A DNA stretch of 63,569 bases, the filler included, from Reticulomyxa filosa (lineage: Eukaryota > Protista > Foraminifera): NCBI GenBank assembly GCA_000512085.1. It is 20 parts of 20 records of this genome, joined end to end, with 100 filler letters (N's around TTAATTAATTAA, not from the genome) between each part and the next. Parts side by side here need not be neighbours in the genome. Positions count along the whole stretch, not along the records: positions 36,277 to 40,804 come from ASPP01025341.1; positions 40,905 to 43,195 come from ASPP01028836.1; positions 43,296 to 44,916 come from ASPP01028350.1; positions 45,017 to 50,537 come from ASPP01027225.1; positions 50,638 to 51,994 come from ASPP01014983.1; 15 more parts are not named here. The stretch is one strand, 5' to 3'. The translations under genes were made by a program, and so were the position numbers. Positions within the stretch are counted from its first letter, which is position 1. Each line of letters starts with the position of its first letter. This document shows, piece by piece, positions 37,490 to 51,679 of this stretch. The notes beneath the pieces are model-generated. The model was not told the origin of the DNA. It ran no database searches and was given only the letters and a program-made list of their open reading frames with translations.

Positions 37490-37790
37490 TATATCGATCT
37501 GGTCAACAAATTCAAGTGTTCAATGGACATACAAGTTGGGTGAATGCTGTTGAATATTCATCATTTGTAATAAATAATGGCAGTGTTAATTCAAATGTGC
37601 TATGTTCTGCATCAATTGATAATACAATTCTTTTTTGATATTTTCGATTAAATTTTAAGTCATTATATATTATCAAAGGATGTACTGTAAGTGATAATTG
37701 GATATCATGTATTAAATTTATTAGATTGAAAAATAAAGATAGTATAAAGAATATTAAATATAATTTAAATTTATTTTATGGATCCTGAAA
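37490..37790 (+). pseudogene. WD40-repeat family remnant
   Basis: RSGQQIQVFNGHTSWVNAVEYSSF...NVLCSASIDNTILF followed by a stop and decayed sequence. Confidence 0.75.
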
Positions 37791-39316
37791 AAATTGCTTT
37801 TTCTTGTTTGAAATACAATACAATATGATATGAGGTATATTCAAGTATATGAATGCACTTTAATGTAATTTTATCATTGACAACAATAATATCTACATGC
37901 TTTACATATTTGAGTGTAAATCATTTGGTATCACTCGCAAACAGCTTTTTATCTTTGTATACGGAAATATCTTGTTTTGTTTCGAATAAATCCAATACTT
38001 GTGATAATCCACTTGAATGATCTAAATGACAACGTGTTATTATCACTCCTTTCAATCCGTTTACACTTTCTTGCTTTTTTAGTGTTTGCACAAGTTCATA
38101 ATATTTCTCTTTTCTTTCTTCTGTATCAATCGATATTTGTCTATTTTATTTTTATTTTTTTTCCTTCAATGATTTGTCTCTAGTATCAATGAAATATGTA
38201 TTTGCTCCTTTTGGATCATTTGCCCAGGATTCTGACCCAATATCTTCTACTTTGGGGAATTGCTGACTTTCTAAGTAAGACATAATCAATTTTTTTAAAT
38301 TGAAAAAAAGTCGACAATGTGAAGTAGTGTATTGATGCCAAATTGTATTGGCATTAAAGTATAGTAATGAAAGTAAATGTTTATCTATATAAATGTATAT
38401 GTATGTATATATGTATTTTAAAAAAGAAGAGTAAACTTGTTCAAACAAATAAATATGAAGTATCCGATCGCAACGATTGAAAAGAATGATACTTGGCTTT
38501 TGTCAAGACAACATCAATCCATTTCTCTAGCATTTGTTTTTGCAAAGACAATTCTCGGAAAGCGAGAGATTTGATTGGTCCTTCGAAGTCAATGCAAATT
38601 CTATTGTGAGTTTTTTCAATCACAAATAATGTTTGCTCAAATGTGGGCAATATTACATCATTCATTGCATTTTCAATTTTTTTGGACAGTTCTTCCATTT
38701 GTGGAATGTATAGAATTAACAGCTTTGATTTTTGTTCCCATATTTTTTCACTTATCTCTTTGTTATTCCATTTTCCTTGTTTCATCATTTTTTCCATTTT
38801 TATTGAAAGCTATTTTTATTATAGAATTAGTAGTAGGGCTCATTGATGTCACTACTGTCTCTTTCTATGCAAGGTTTACTTTAATCGCTTGAATTTAAAA
38901 TACCAATTTAACAGCTTATGCCTTATACGATGAATTAAATAGTACTATAAAATATAATAGCTAAAAATAAAGAAATTTAAAAACGCATTGATCTAAAACT
39001 AAAATCTGTATTTTTCAAAATATAGTGAAAAAATTGCTCTTAAAACAAACAAATGGACAAAACTTGTGATCCTTTTACATCATCACAGCCTTTTGTCATT
39101 AACACGTACAAGAATAGAAATTTTCCTAGCCAATCATTTGGAAAGAAATTATGACTTTTGTGGACCAACGTATTGTTTTATTTTTAATAGCAATTGTAAT
39201 AATTTTTTAGACGTCAAAACGTGTCACCTAACAAGGGGCTAACAGTGTTAGAGCAATCATATCATTATTATCACAAGAAACGTTTGTGCCGCACTTAAAA
39301 TAGGAAATCTAGAATC

Positions 39317-39553
39317 ATGGCCAGTGGTCTCTCTTGTCTCATTAACGCCATTTACTGGTTCATTATGTTCGTGATATGCTCGATGTGGGTATATCCGCTG
39401 GCAGTAGGAATTTTTTGGATTACTTCCGTTTTTGGTGCTTGCATTCCTCCGTGCAAAGATGTTGCGTCTATTGTCAAGAAATGGTTTGATACACCAGCTC
39501 GTTGCATTAGAAATATGCTCGATGGCGCGCCTATTAGTTGCAATTGCATCTAG
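39317..39553 (+). CDS. 78-aa intronless Cys-rich membrane microprotein
   Basis: Complete ATG-TAG frame with raised GC, a hydrophobic stretch of about 35 aa, then an amphipathic helix and a C-terminal SCNCI. Confidence 0.65.
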   Translation: MASGLSCLINAIYWFIMFVICSMWVYPLAVGIFWITSVFGACIPPCKDVASIVKKWFDTPARCIRNMLDGAPISCNCI

Positions 39554-39864
39554 TCAAAAAAAATTTTTTTTTTTCCAATTGTAAGATGTTGGGCTTGTGC
39601 AGGAATATTTTCTTAGGAAATGATTGCTTGGTTCTCTGAATTAGCACTTGTGTTTGATTGCAAGGAATTTCGAATCAAAAATTTTTTTTAAAATTTGCGC
39701 CTTTTTTTTTTTTTTTTTTATTACGTCTTTTAAATAATGTCACTACGAAAAGGATAAGGGCGGAGCAAAACACCACTTTAAATGAAAAAAAGTTGGCAAG
39801 CTACAACTGCGAAAATGCTGTGAAAAATTATTTTTAGGAATCACCTAAATTCGGAATTGCAATA

Positions 39865-40760
39865 CTAGCGATTTGAATTTGAACCTAGTTTCCGAATTTC
39901 AACACACCAATTTCCTTTGTTGAAGAAGGACCGCAACACCTCCACCCGGAATTGTTTAGGAAGTTTGTGAGAATTAGGGTCAGAAGGAAAATTGACGACA
40001 TGAGCCACAGTTTGAAGTAGATGTTCCAATTCTCCTTTCCTGTAGACGTGGCAATAGCGCTGAAAGGTGATAACATTTTTGAGAGGGTCTTCAATTAATG
40101 CCATAGAGGGCAAAGCAGTGTTGTTGTTGTTGGATTGATCAGAGGGACATTCCTTTGTTTGACTGTTAATATTTTCGTTCTCATTTTGATTTAACTTTTC
40201 CCAAAACTGAGGAGTGACATATTTTTTGTCCAACGCCCAGGGAACGAATACATCTTCTTTGTCAAATTGATGTTTGCTGTCATCTTCTTGTTCCAATGCC
40301 CAAGCACAAATTAAGATACGGCCACAAACATTGGATTGCGGGTCGTAAGACTTACAAATTCGAATAAGTTCTTTGATAGCTTCTAATCTCCGGCATTGTG
40401 TAGAAATGTGATGAAGGACTGCGATTGAAATGACAGCATCAAACGAGTCATCACCAAAGGGAGCAACCAGCGCATCACCGACCAATCCTTCCAACTTTCG
40501 ACGTTGAACAATGTCAATTAAATTTTCACTAAAGTCGATACCAATTCCGTACACGTTTTGCGGCAGCACTTTCAAATACTTGCCATTGCCACAGCCAATG
40601 TCCGCGATTATCGCACTCGGCATTTCATTTCCAACGGATTGCAGAAATTTCATTACCTGTGGCCAAGGCGAATGTCTCGTTGACGAAAAATGTGGAGCAA
40701 CAGCGTCATAAAATTTGTGAACAAATTCGGATTCGACTTTTGGTGCGACTAACTGTGATC
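39865..40760 (-). CDS. tRNA wobble-uridine methyltransferase, Trm9/ALKBH8-like
   Basis: FVHKFYDAVAPHFSSTRHSPWPQV, DIGCGNGKYL, FDAVISIAVLHH, WALEQ, DVFVPW, QRYCHVY..GELE and GNW motifs. Confidence 0.92.
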
Positions 40761-40798
<38 letters not shown>

Positions 40799-42347
40799 TT
40801 AAAANNNNNNNNNNNNNNNNNNNNNNNNNNNNNNNNNNNNNNNNNNNNTTAATTAATTAANNNNNNNNNNNNNNNNNNNNNNNNNNNNNNNNNNNNNNNN
40901 NNNNGGAAATTTCTGAACCTTTTTCGTGCAGTCTTACGACGGAGTCATGGAAAGTGCCATTCGTCACGATGTGTAAGGCGCGGAACAGCAGACAAGCCAC
41001 TTTCTTGAGAGAACGCTATGCGCGGCAAGGTAAATCCTTTCGGGCTTGGAGCGATGCTAGAAGTTGAAACTAATGAACGTCCACTATTGTTGAGGCAATA
41101 CCTTCAAACTTGCGTTTGGTTTTCTTTGTTCCTTTTTTCTGTAAATGTTACTACTCCAAGTCTTTTTTGCCAGGAATTCCTATTTTGAACAGTCAACGCT
41201 TACACTTGGCTCTTTTGGAGTAATCTTTTTTTTTTCTTGCCACCAACTCTAAATGATAGAAATCATTCATTCTTGTTGTCAATTTTTTCAAAGACACGAC
41301 TGAAACACCAAATTGAATTTATTTGGATATTTTCGACTTTCTTTTACATTTCAAATATTCAAATTCAGAATTTTTTACGATGAACGTAGTTTGATGAGAA
41401 AGATGTTAGGTGAGCTGGAGGAAGTGCGTTGAAACTTTTTCAAAAAAAAACAAGAAAACTCAATTCACACAAAAAGACGCACACTTTTTAAACAAAATTT
41501 GGGTCAAGTGTTAAATACTTGCAATCCAATATGCAATCAAATTGGCGTTTGAACTTCACCTTTACTTGTTGGCATCGCAACACTTTCCAATTTCTCGACA
41601 GACGTGTACTTTGGAGACCTATGTTGTGTGCGTGTATATTGATCATAAATGTTTCAATGATATTATAAGAAAACATTATAACTTGGATCTAGGTTGGCTA
41701 TATAATCACGACAATGATCATCTCACAACTTCCTTTCATCAATTATATGGACATCTAGTTCTTTTTTTCAAGCGTAATAACATAATCAATATTCGATGAA
41801 AACAGTCGCTATCATTATTGCCAATTAACAGCAACGTAAATAGCAACAACTTGCTAATCTGCAATACAAACTTCATGTAATTTACGTCCATTTCCACTTG
41901 CAAATCTTTCAATATATATTCAAAAATTTCAAACAATACATACGACACACATACAAATAAATAATCAATATACGTATACAGATGTTATGAAAAAAACTTT
42001 TTCAAGTAATGGATCCAATCACGGTTATACCATCAGGCAGCAGGAAAAAGACATGCGCACAAATGATCAATCAAATAACAGTAATTTCTTGGGCTCTTAT
42101 GTCGAATGCGATTTGATGGAAGAATTGCCATTGAAATCAAATATTTATTAATTTTGCACAGTTGAATGGATTTGGAAGCATGCATCATTGAAAAGCTCGT
42201 CCACTAGAACTTCCATTTTGTGTGGAGCTTCCATTTTTTGAATAGGAGCAATTCGTTCGAATCCACAGCAACGCCTTTGTGAGTGAGCGAGAAGGGAAGG
42301 AAGTGCGTAATATAACCGATTGCTGGCATTAACGTTTGCCCACGTTA

Positions 42348-42860
42348 TCAATCCAACACATTAAAGAGATTTATTGCAATGCTTTGCCAAATGGTGGAGC
42401 GACTATACAACAACTGAGTCCAAATATTGTCGACACAACGACAGTCCAATGTGTCAGAACAATTGACCAATAAATAGAAGAGTATGGACTGCGTCGTCAT
42501 CGCTATCACCATTATCATCATTTGCACTGCGTTTAACATTGCCACATCGGTCAAGCAACTTACATTGGGGGGGGCGCACCATGTGAAGTTGGTACATATT
42601 TGAGGATCCGCAAAGTCGCCAATCGTGTGTGTGGAGAGCCATTCTATAACCAAGATAAAATCGACGACGATCTTTCTTTTTTTAAAAATAAATCTAACAT
42701 CTTATTCTTTGTCTTCCAATTCAGTCGCTGCTACAGTAATATCAACTACAAAGTCCATCAGTCATAGTTGCACTTGTGATGAGGAACGCATCTTGGTATT
42801 GTCAAATTGGCGCGAGTATTTCCAAAAAAGACTTTGGCGATACAATGATCAATGGTAAAA
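42348..42860 (-). pseudogene. Cys-rich, saposin-like secreted protein remnant
   Basis: VIEWLSTH...DPQICTNFTWC resembles the end of a saposin-B domain; surrounding frames are interrupted. Confidence 0.35.
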
Positions 42861-43939
42861 CGCTTTTTTTTTTCCTCAGCATTGAGCTTAGTATTTGTTG
42901 TTCTTTTTTTTTTTTTTTTTTGTGTTGGGTTTGAGTCGACGCGCATTTTGACATTTGAATCACATAGGAACTTTGGAGCAATCAAACATCAAATTAATGC
43001 AAATTGGCTACTCGTACCCAATTACCAATATTCAATGTCACTCGCGAGCTCCTGGTTCATTCTATCAGCACACACACGGACCAAAATTCAAAGTTGCGCA
43101 TATCCGCACGCACATAATACGTTTCAATACGAATGGTCCATCCATATGTTTTTGATTTTTCTTCAGCGCCATCAACTTGTAGCTGATACCAAGCTNNNNN
43201 NNNNNNNNNNNNNNNNNNNNNNNNNNNNNNNNNNNNNNNTTAATTAATTAANNNNNNNNNNNNNNNNNNNNNNNNNNNNNNNNNNNNNNNNNNNNGTGAG
43301 GAAGTCTCAGAATTTCCAGAGTACCTCATTTTCAACATTACCCAAAGGGGGCTTCCCCTAGATCAAACAAAATAAGGTGAACGAAAACATCAATTTTCGC
43401 TACAATTACTTCAAAAAATGCCCATTTGTTAAATTACAAAAAAAATTGTGAAAATGAACTATTTTACTTTCTATTGTATTTATTTAATTTTTCATTATTG
43501 TTTCTATTTTTTGCTATTTTTTCAAAAGTGTTTCCAAAGGGACTTAAAAAACAACTAGCTATTTAGAAGTAACTTAACGTCACCGTAGAAAAAAATCGAC
43601 TTTACAACAAATTAAAAATAAAAAACGGAAAGACTGCTGTTTTTGAGCCACATATCACATAAATTGAAATGCACAAGTGTTCATCTGAAAAATATTTGAC
43701 AAAAAAAGCAATGCTTTTTAGACACTTGTGACCTTGGCAATAAGAAATGTTTCTGTCCTTCTCGTTTTTCACTCACTAACTTGGCTCTGTGTTTAACTTT
43801 AAAAAATATTCAAGTTTTCACTAAACAAATTACAAAGAACTGAAAAAGATCAATTATTAATTAAAACAGTTTATTAGTTTGGCCAGAAGTCAAATATAAT
43901 AGCAATAATTTCTTGACCACTTAGAAAACGTTTTAGCAT

Positions 43940-44330
43940 TTACCAACGTCTTCTAAAATTCAAAGTCAAGTCTAAAATGCAAACTTGTTTTTCGCAACAG
44001 TCTTCCAAATTGCTGGACAAACACAATTTATGATGGTGTGATTCTTGCTATCACAATACAGTCCACTGAATGCAAATCAAAGCCTTTGTTGACAATGTTA
44101 ATATTAATCAGCACTTGCAAGTGTCCATTCACAGACTCATCAACAGTGTACTGATACTTATCTGGAGACACAAAATAATTCAATGAGCAGGTACGTAGTC
44201 CATTGGTTGTGCATAACTCTGGCATTATAAAACAATGATATACAACTGTGGCAACAATTGCCCAGTGGAGTTCATATTGAACAATTCTACGTTAATCTCC
44301 ATTACTCTTTTGAGACAGTGTTCATCCTGT
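43940..44330 (-). pseudogene. SF2 helicase C-terminal domain remnant (type III restriction Res subunit/Irc3-like)
   Basis: QVLININIVNKGFDLHSVDCIVIARITPS*IVFVQQFGRLLRK (motifs V-VI), then VCILDLTLNF in a shifted frame. Confidence 0.7.
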
Positions 44331-45044
44331 CAATACGAAGATATTGATGGACAATCACTATGTCTGTAACGTACATGAAGGCACAAACGAATTGTTCTAA
44401 TTATGTGTATACAAAATCTGATTCAACAAAAACATTTCAAAAAACAAAACGGTGAAAAATTGGTGAATATAACAGTAGTCAGCTTGGACTTCTTTAAGTC
44501 TATATATTATAAAGCCATATAACAAGATTTCAGCATATTAAAAAAAAATAATTTTATATAAACAAACGTTTTCGTTTGCACTCGCAAAAAAAAAAAGAAA
44601 AGCAGACTTGAAATAAAACTTCTCAGCCATTACATCTTTGATTCCTTGTCAGTGCTATAGTCCACCTTTCAAATTGGTGTAAATATATTTCAATTCGATT
44701 CCAAAATCTTTCTTTGGTGCAAGTGCACAGTGGATAACAACGATTTAATCATTCAACACAATCCCTTTTTACTGTGTTAGGTTGCATATACCCATAAATA
44801 AAATTTAATTGCTATCATCATTCAATGGCACCTTTTTTTATTCGATTCTAGCTTGCTTCAAGCAACTGGGTGTATATCAATGTCACCACTAGTAACACAT
44901 TTAAGCGGCCACGTTTNNNNNNNNNNNNNNNNNNNNNNNNNNNNNNNNNNNNNNNNNNNNTTAATTAATTAANNNNNNNNNNNNNNNNNNNNNNNNNNNN
45001 NNNNNNNNNNNNNNNNAAAAAAAAAAAAAAAAAAAAAAAAAAAA

Positions 45045-46261
45045 CTTGATAGATTAAACGTCCATCTTTAAATGATAACGTCCAATCAAACAGATCACAT
45101 ATTCTTCTTTGCGGCTGGTGAATGGATAAAACGATAGTGCAAGAAAGGGTGTTGACCACATTGCGAAGCGTCTGTGTCAGTGCCAGTGCTTGAGGTGTGT
45201 CCAATCCACTCGTGGGCTCATCCAGCACCAATATGTCTGGATTCGTTACCAATTGAGTGGCTATACTCACCCGTTTATACTCTCCTCCAGACAAATACCG
45301 TATCTTTTGATTTTTTTTTTTTATCAAATGCAAAGTCTTCAACACGTTATTGGTCTTTTGGACTATTTCTTCGGCCGTCGTCTTGCTCAAATCGCTGGTC
45401 ACCGCGCATGAAAATCGCACCAATTCGAACACCGTTTCATCCTTTGGCATCGCCGGAAACTTTTTCATACATGCAAAAAGTTGTGCTCATTTTTTTTTGT
45501 TAAAAAAAAAAAAAAGGGGGGGAGGGAGGACATGATTTTAAAAAAAAAAAGGACACCACGAAGAATCGTCAAAAATTATGTGCTCACTTTTTTTTTTTTC
45601 CCCAAAAAAAAAATGAAAAGAAATAAAATTGAAATGGACTCATTTTTTACACTTTTCATAATTTGTTGGTATTAACTTGGCTAATCAAAGCAATTCGCTT
45701 GGAATTAACAGCGATTTGGCCTCTCATTGTTCCGGTCAGAGGTATGCCCGCGATTAATCCCAAAAACGTGGATTTACCTATTTTATTTGGGTGTATGAAA
45801 TTGGTAGAGTTACAAAAGTGGAACGTCTGTGGTGGCAGAAAAACAGAGAGGGGAGGAACGGGGGGGGGGGTAGGAAATTGACCTGCTCCACTTGGACCAA
45901 TGATTGCACATAAACACTGCTTCGGGATAAATCCGGTGATATCACTTAAAATGCGTGTGGATTTCCAAAGTTTTTTTTGTTTTGAATTCAGTTGAAACAC
46001 GCGAACTTTAAAACTGACTTTGTAGAAAGCTATTGCACAGTCATCAACTTTACTGGCAATGGATATTCCACCAGAACTGTTAGCGATTCCCCTTGTTTCG
46101 GCTCCATTTGTTAGTGCGCCTTCGGACGTGCTTGTTAGGGGTAATTCCACGGTGGAAGTTGGATCATTTGCTATATTTGCTTGTTGAGACATTTTTTGCG
46201 AATGACTCCCTTCGTCGTCCACTTGTTTGTAGGCCGAAATGCTTTTGGTTTTCAAAAGCAT
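45045..46261 (-). CDS. ABCG (White-family) transporter, N-terminal nucleotide-binding domain, 3'-truncated
   Basis: AIIGPSGA|GKST Walker A split by an intron, LSGGEYKRVSIA signature, LVLDEPTSGLD Walker B/D-loop and SIHQP. Confidence 0.93.
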
Positions 46262-47967
46262 ATAGTTTTAATTTTTTCCCCCTTTTTTTAAAGACAAACG
46301 AGTGGTATGTTATCTTCACAAGGTGCAAATACATCAATGTTAACAAATAAGTAAAATGAAAAGCAAAATTATTTTAAAACAAAAAGGGTTACGCGATAAT
46401 AGACAGTAAAAAAAAAACAATTCATTCGTACGTAATACACGTTCATTCTTCACCAACACACTACGAACGGCAAGTAGGCCTGTACAAGTGGCAATGTCAA
46501 GTGGCTTAGTACTGCCAAGCAAAGTGGAACTGACTGGACAGTAACACTGGACACTTAATTTGAAAGTTTAAATAATTCAATTACAGTGCGCAAAGACGTC
46601 TAAAAAAGACAACAGAAGCATAGCATAAGTGGCTAAGTGATCGTGTGCGCATCTTGTAATAAATGCAACAAAAATTGATTGGTAAGGACACAGAGTATCA
46701 TTGCACTATAATGAAGATATTGACAACTACAACTAGTGATACGACTTATTTGAACGATCTGTAGAAAAACAAACATATAACTAATAGCACAAGTGAATGT
46801 AACAAATGCACTGGCCACTATAATTCAACAAAAGTTCAATAATAGTAGAAGATGCAAAGCAGATAATGTAATCATAGTATATTTGATAGTAGACAAAAAA
46901 ATGAATATTAGAACGAACTAGTTGCAGGAAGAGTCGTTTATATGAAAATACTAAGAAGTAAAACATAATTAATGTAATGGTGCATGATCGGACAATTGTA
47001 TGTAATTGCACAACAATTGAACAAAAAAGAGCAAATCACAAGATTGCAATATGATCAAATCAGCGTAGGAGAATACATTGAAGACAACGACTGATAAAAA
47101 GAAAATAATAGTAAATACAATATCGAACGTTGTACTATAATAAAGACAAAGTAAAGGTCGACAACTAAGAGTTTGACAGCAAGTTCAAACTTACTGTTAG
47201 AACATCAAAAGAAAGATATTCTTTATATAATCGCAATATAGACTAGACAAGTTTATACAAATATCCAGCAAATAATTATCAACAAAAAATCAATAAGCGC
47301 AATAAATAAATTAACAATTGACTATTTAAAGAAATTTTCCAGAATTATTTGAAATATTACAGAACTAACTAACTATCAAACTAGAACCTACAAATAAGCA
47401 AGAAGTGCTTCGAATAAAAAGCAAACATAAATTAACAAATTATGCAATAGTTGATAAATATGACTTAACTAATTTAATTACACATTAATAAAATAACTAA
47501 CAATAACTAATTGAAAAATCACAAAATACGATTAACAATATAAATATATAACAAAATCATTACCAAATTAGATATTACGTAACATGAGATAATTGTAAAA
47601 TATCAGTAAATAATAAATTAGATATTGCTACGAGTCATAAGTCGGAATTTGCGGCATGAGTATAAAGATGATTGCAGTAAATATGTACATACAACAATAT
47701 ATCATTGAGAATAATATAATATTTACAAATAATATTATGTAAAATCTCACAAGAGTTGTATATCGAAAATCAAGTGTATAATAAATATTGTACATTACAT
47801 ATTACAAAGGTGGAAAGATAACTAAGTGTAATCGATATAGTAAGAGCAATAAAAAGTAATATTATTTAGAAACAAAGAATATACATTAAATAAAAATCTA
47901 GCAAATGCTATTATGCGAGAAATACAATAGTTCGAAAAAACATGACAAATATAATGATAGTTTATGA

Positions 47968-48045
47968 AGATGATTGATTTTCTATTTGAAAAACAACATT
48001 CAGACATAATTTTTAAAAATATACACAAATGTTGAAGTTTTTAAA
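47968..48045. repeat. Dispersed repeat, copy 1 (copy 2 at 51325-51408 on another contig)
   Basis: AGATGATTGATTTTCTA...GAAAAACAACATTCAGA...TTTTAAAAA...ACAAAT is shared by both sites. Confidence 0.7.
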
Positions 48046-49149
48046 TATGATACTGACATTGTTATTTGATTACTTGTAAAGTTTTATTTTGATTATTGCC
48101 TAGATCATGCGAATTTGGAGGGAACTTAATCAAGTTCATTATGTTTTGTTTAATACACTTATTTGCTGCTTTGTATTTGTGGTGTTTTGTGTTGTCTTGT
48201 AAAAACAATCAATTTCTATTATTGTATGAGTAATATTTAATGTTTTTTGGCATTCATCATAAAATATTTTTTTATAAATTGTGACATTAACACATCTTTC
48301 AATCTTGCAGGAATGTCAATGCATTTAGACCAAAGCACGTACATGGCATGATGATAAACCAACAAACATTAAATTTTCTAAACCTATATATCAATAATAT
48401 TCTGTCTTTCTTCTGTCCATATATAGTGAATTCAATACATTCAATATAAACTAACTTTTATTTCTTCCAAAAATACAACTTTTTTCAATAATATAGTTTA
48501 ATTTTGTATTAATTAATAAAATTAAGTCTCTTTGCTTTATATTCTTCAGTTAGTTTCGGTTTTATCTTTTGTAATAGTATATAATCCATTTAACTTCAAG
48601 TCTTAGTTATTACCAAATAAAAAACTATAACTTTTAGGTGGAAACTTTTCTAGAAAAATGTTAGCTTTGAATTCAACTGGACAATCAAATTATGACAACT
48701 CAATAATAAACTCAATCAAAACAAAGCATACATACAAGATGAGCAATCAATTGACGATATCAAGCAACATGATAGGCCTAGCAAAAAATGGAACTATTAT
48801 TATCGAAGAAACAACTACATATATCAAATAGCAACGACGATCTTCAGCGGGTGAGATCGACTTGTTCGACGACAAACTATCGATTGATTTGCATACTTTC
48901 GAAGTAAAAGCAGTAACAATAACACAATATGATATAGTAGCATACTCTTTGGCGAGAGCAAGGTTGACAATAACATATTACACTAACTAATTTTAATCTT
49001 CTAGTCTGACGGATCCACTAGACATATTGCAATATGAATTTTCTTTCGAAGAAATCAAAAGCAATACTTTATGCAAGATATAAAGATACATTAAACAAAT
49101 TGTGTGATCCAAACAATTTGCAATCTTGATATGGAGTGCTTTGTGCATG

Positions 49150-49530
49150 GACTCAAATTGGCAATAAAATAATTAGATGAATCCATTCATTGTAATTTTT
49201 TGATTTATCTATTTTATTGTCATCACTCCAAACGCTTACATATTTAATCACCAATGCATATTTACTTGATCCACCAAAAGATAACAAAGTGGCTTCATTG
49301 TGTCTTTATTGTTGCTATTATCGTTGTATATCAGTTTCGCTGCAGTGTCCCCATAATTGAACAGTAATTGGATAATCACATATAAACTTGTATTCGTTTT
49401 GAGTGTATTATAAGAATAACACTCTTGTTGATCATAACATCTACAAATGAGGATTTTGCTTTGTGCAGCACACATTTGATTTAATAAGTGCAAATCCTTC
49501 AAACTTTGAAAGGAAGTTGTGCTTTGATTA
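49150..49530 (-). pseudogene. Kelch-like beta-propeller family remnant
   Basis: FQSLKDL...KILIC...ECYSYNTLK...YG...KL...NNKD with frameshifts and stops; resembles the expanded Kelch-motif family I recall from Reticulomyxa. Confidence 0.65.
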
Positions 49531-51679
49531 CCTGCTAAATTTTTTTAAAAAGGGGATGTGACATGATTCTTTTGAAAAAACGAAAAAATAATTAAAAAGA
49601 CTTTACATTGCAATAAATTTACATAATTCAAAAGTTTTATTGATGTACTTTGCTTCAAAAAATTATCAAATCAAATGAACTGGTGGAACTCTTGTTAACT
49701 GTGGTTAAAAATGTATTTCACAGTAAAGTCAGAATAACAAATGGAAAGCGTTGTGATCTACAGAGATAAATTGTCTCGTCTAAAATGTGAAAATATTCAA
49801 AAAATAGTAAAATCACATCTTTTTAATAAACATTTATGAGTTCATGTCACGTCTTACTGAAGAGAAAAAGGGTTTTTTTTGTGTCTATTCTTGTGCCGGT
49901 TTGTATTTGGGGTGATATTACCCATATTCCTCCTCCCTACGCACGTCATTTTTTGTAAACTTCCAACAAAGAAATAAACTAAATAATGATACAACTGTCA
50001 AATAATTCGGCATGTTGGTAATATTTTAAATACAAAACGATAAAAAATACGTGAGAAATCAATCCAATTATCTTAACGAACCAATGACCAAATACTGCAC
50101 CTGAATAATAAAACAACGATATACAAAGGTAATCTCACTCTATGCTTGCTAAATTGGCTTTTTATTGTTAGTGGATTTACCTTTTTGAAAATTTATTTTA
50201 ATTAAATCACAACAGTTTATCCCCAATCATTGGATATGCATTGAAGCTTGTTAAATGCAAAGACGCCAATTGTGGTTTCCTTTTTGCGACATTATGAATA
50301 TACTGTGTCCAAAAATACTATGTGCAAACAACCTCGATAAATTAATCTTTTTTAAAAAATTATCAAACATGTTTTCTAAGTTAGAGAAGATATTAATGCA
50401 TATAAAAGCCTTGAAAGATGGTTCCATAAATTACTTTTGTCTCAAGTAGCAATCCGTTTGCGTAAAGGCACCACCAACTATTGTAATGCCATCCATAAAT
50501 TCATTGCTATGATTTGATCATTTTTCGAAAATAGCATNNNNNNNNNNNNNNNNNNNNNNNNNNNNNNNNNNNNNNNNNNNNTTAATTAATTAANNNNNNN
50601 NNNNNNNNNNNNNNNNNNNNNNNNNNNNNNNNNNNNNAAATTTGGCAATGGAAAAGTAATAGATAAACTTTGAATTCAAATGAAAAAAAAAAAGCAATTG
50701 TAATGAAATAGCTATTTCCTGAAAAAGAATAAATGAAAAAAGATAACGCTATGGACGGAAGAGTTATGAGAAACAACAATTTTTACCTGTTCCTGCTTCC
50801 ACTTTCAAATACATGAGATAGTGTTTTCACCAAATGATCAACAAATTACCTTTCCAAAGATATAAAATATTAATTTGTGAAGAAGTTGTTATTAAAATAA
50901 AAAAAGAAAGATTACTATCATTAATTGATAACAACATCAATAATGTATATATGTATGTCTTATCGTTTGTGACAATGAATCATCCCAACAGAATTACATA
51001 CTGACACTAAAGTCAACAACAAACATCAGATATAATTTCACATCTTTTAAAAAGTTGATGGTGCCTACTTCAAGGCATCCAAACACAAATAGACACATAT
51101 ACAAAGTGTAGAAATGTCTCGGTAATGCAGTAAATCAAATCAAATCCCAAAAAATGAGGACACTATTATTATTGTTTCTATTCTTTCTTTGCAAATTTCT
51201 CTAACCAATGTGAGATTGCACATGGTATAGGTTTACCTTCTTGTCAGCTTCTTCAAATTGCTTTGCTTGATCCAATTCAAATAATTGTATATTGAATTAC
51301 AGTAGAATGAAAAGTAAAATTGAGAGATGATTGATTTTCTACATGAAAAAACAACATTCAGATTTAATTTTTTTTAAAAAAATATCTACAAATCTTGCAC
51401 TTTTTAAAAATCATTTTGAATTTAGTTTTTTATTAATTTTTTATAATTATTTTAATATTTTATCCTTTATTTTTCTTTTCTTTTTTTTTAGCTCAATTAG
51501 TTCGATATTTGAGTTTTTTAATTTTTTATTTTTGAAAATGGCTAAAGGATTGAGAATTTTAACAAAAGAGATTCTATTGATCTGTTGTTTCAGGGCTGGA
51601 GTTTGTGCAAAGTTGCAAAAAAATTTCGTGTAAGTCATGAATGTTTATGTAAATTGAAGCGGACGTTCAATCATAAAAA

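Noticed and set aside
42251-42275. GTTCGAATCC T-loop-like motif suggesting a tRNA
   Set aside because: No acceptor, D or anticodon stems can be built around it. No tRNA gene was found in the window.
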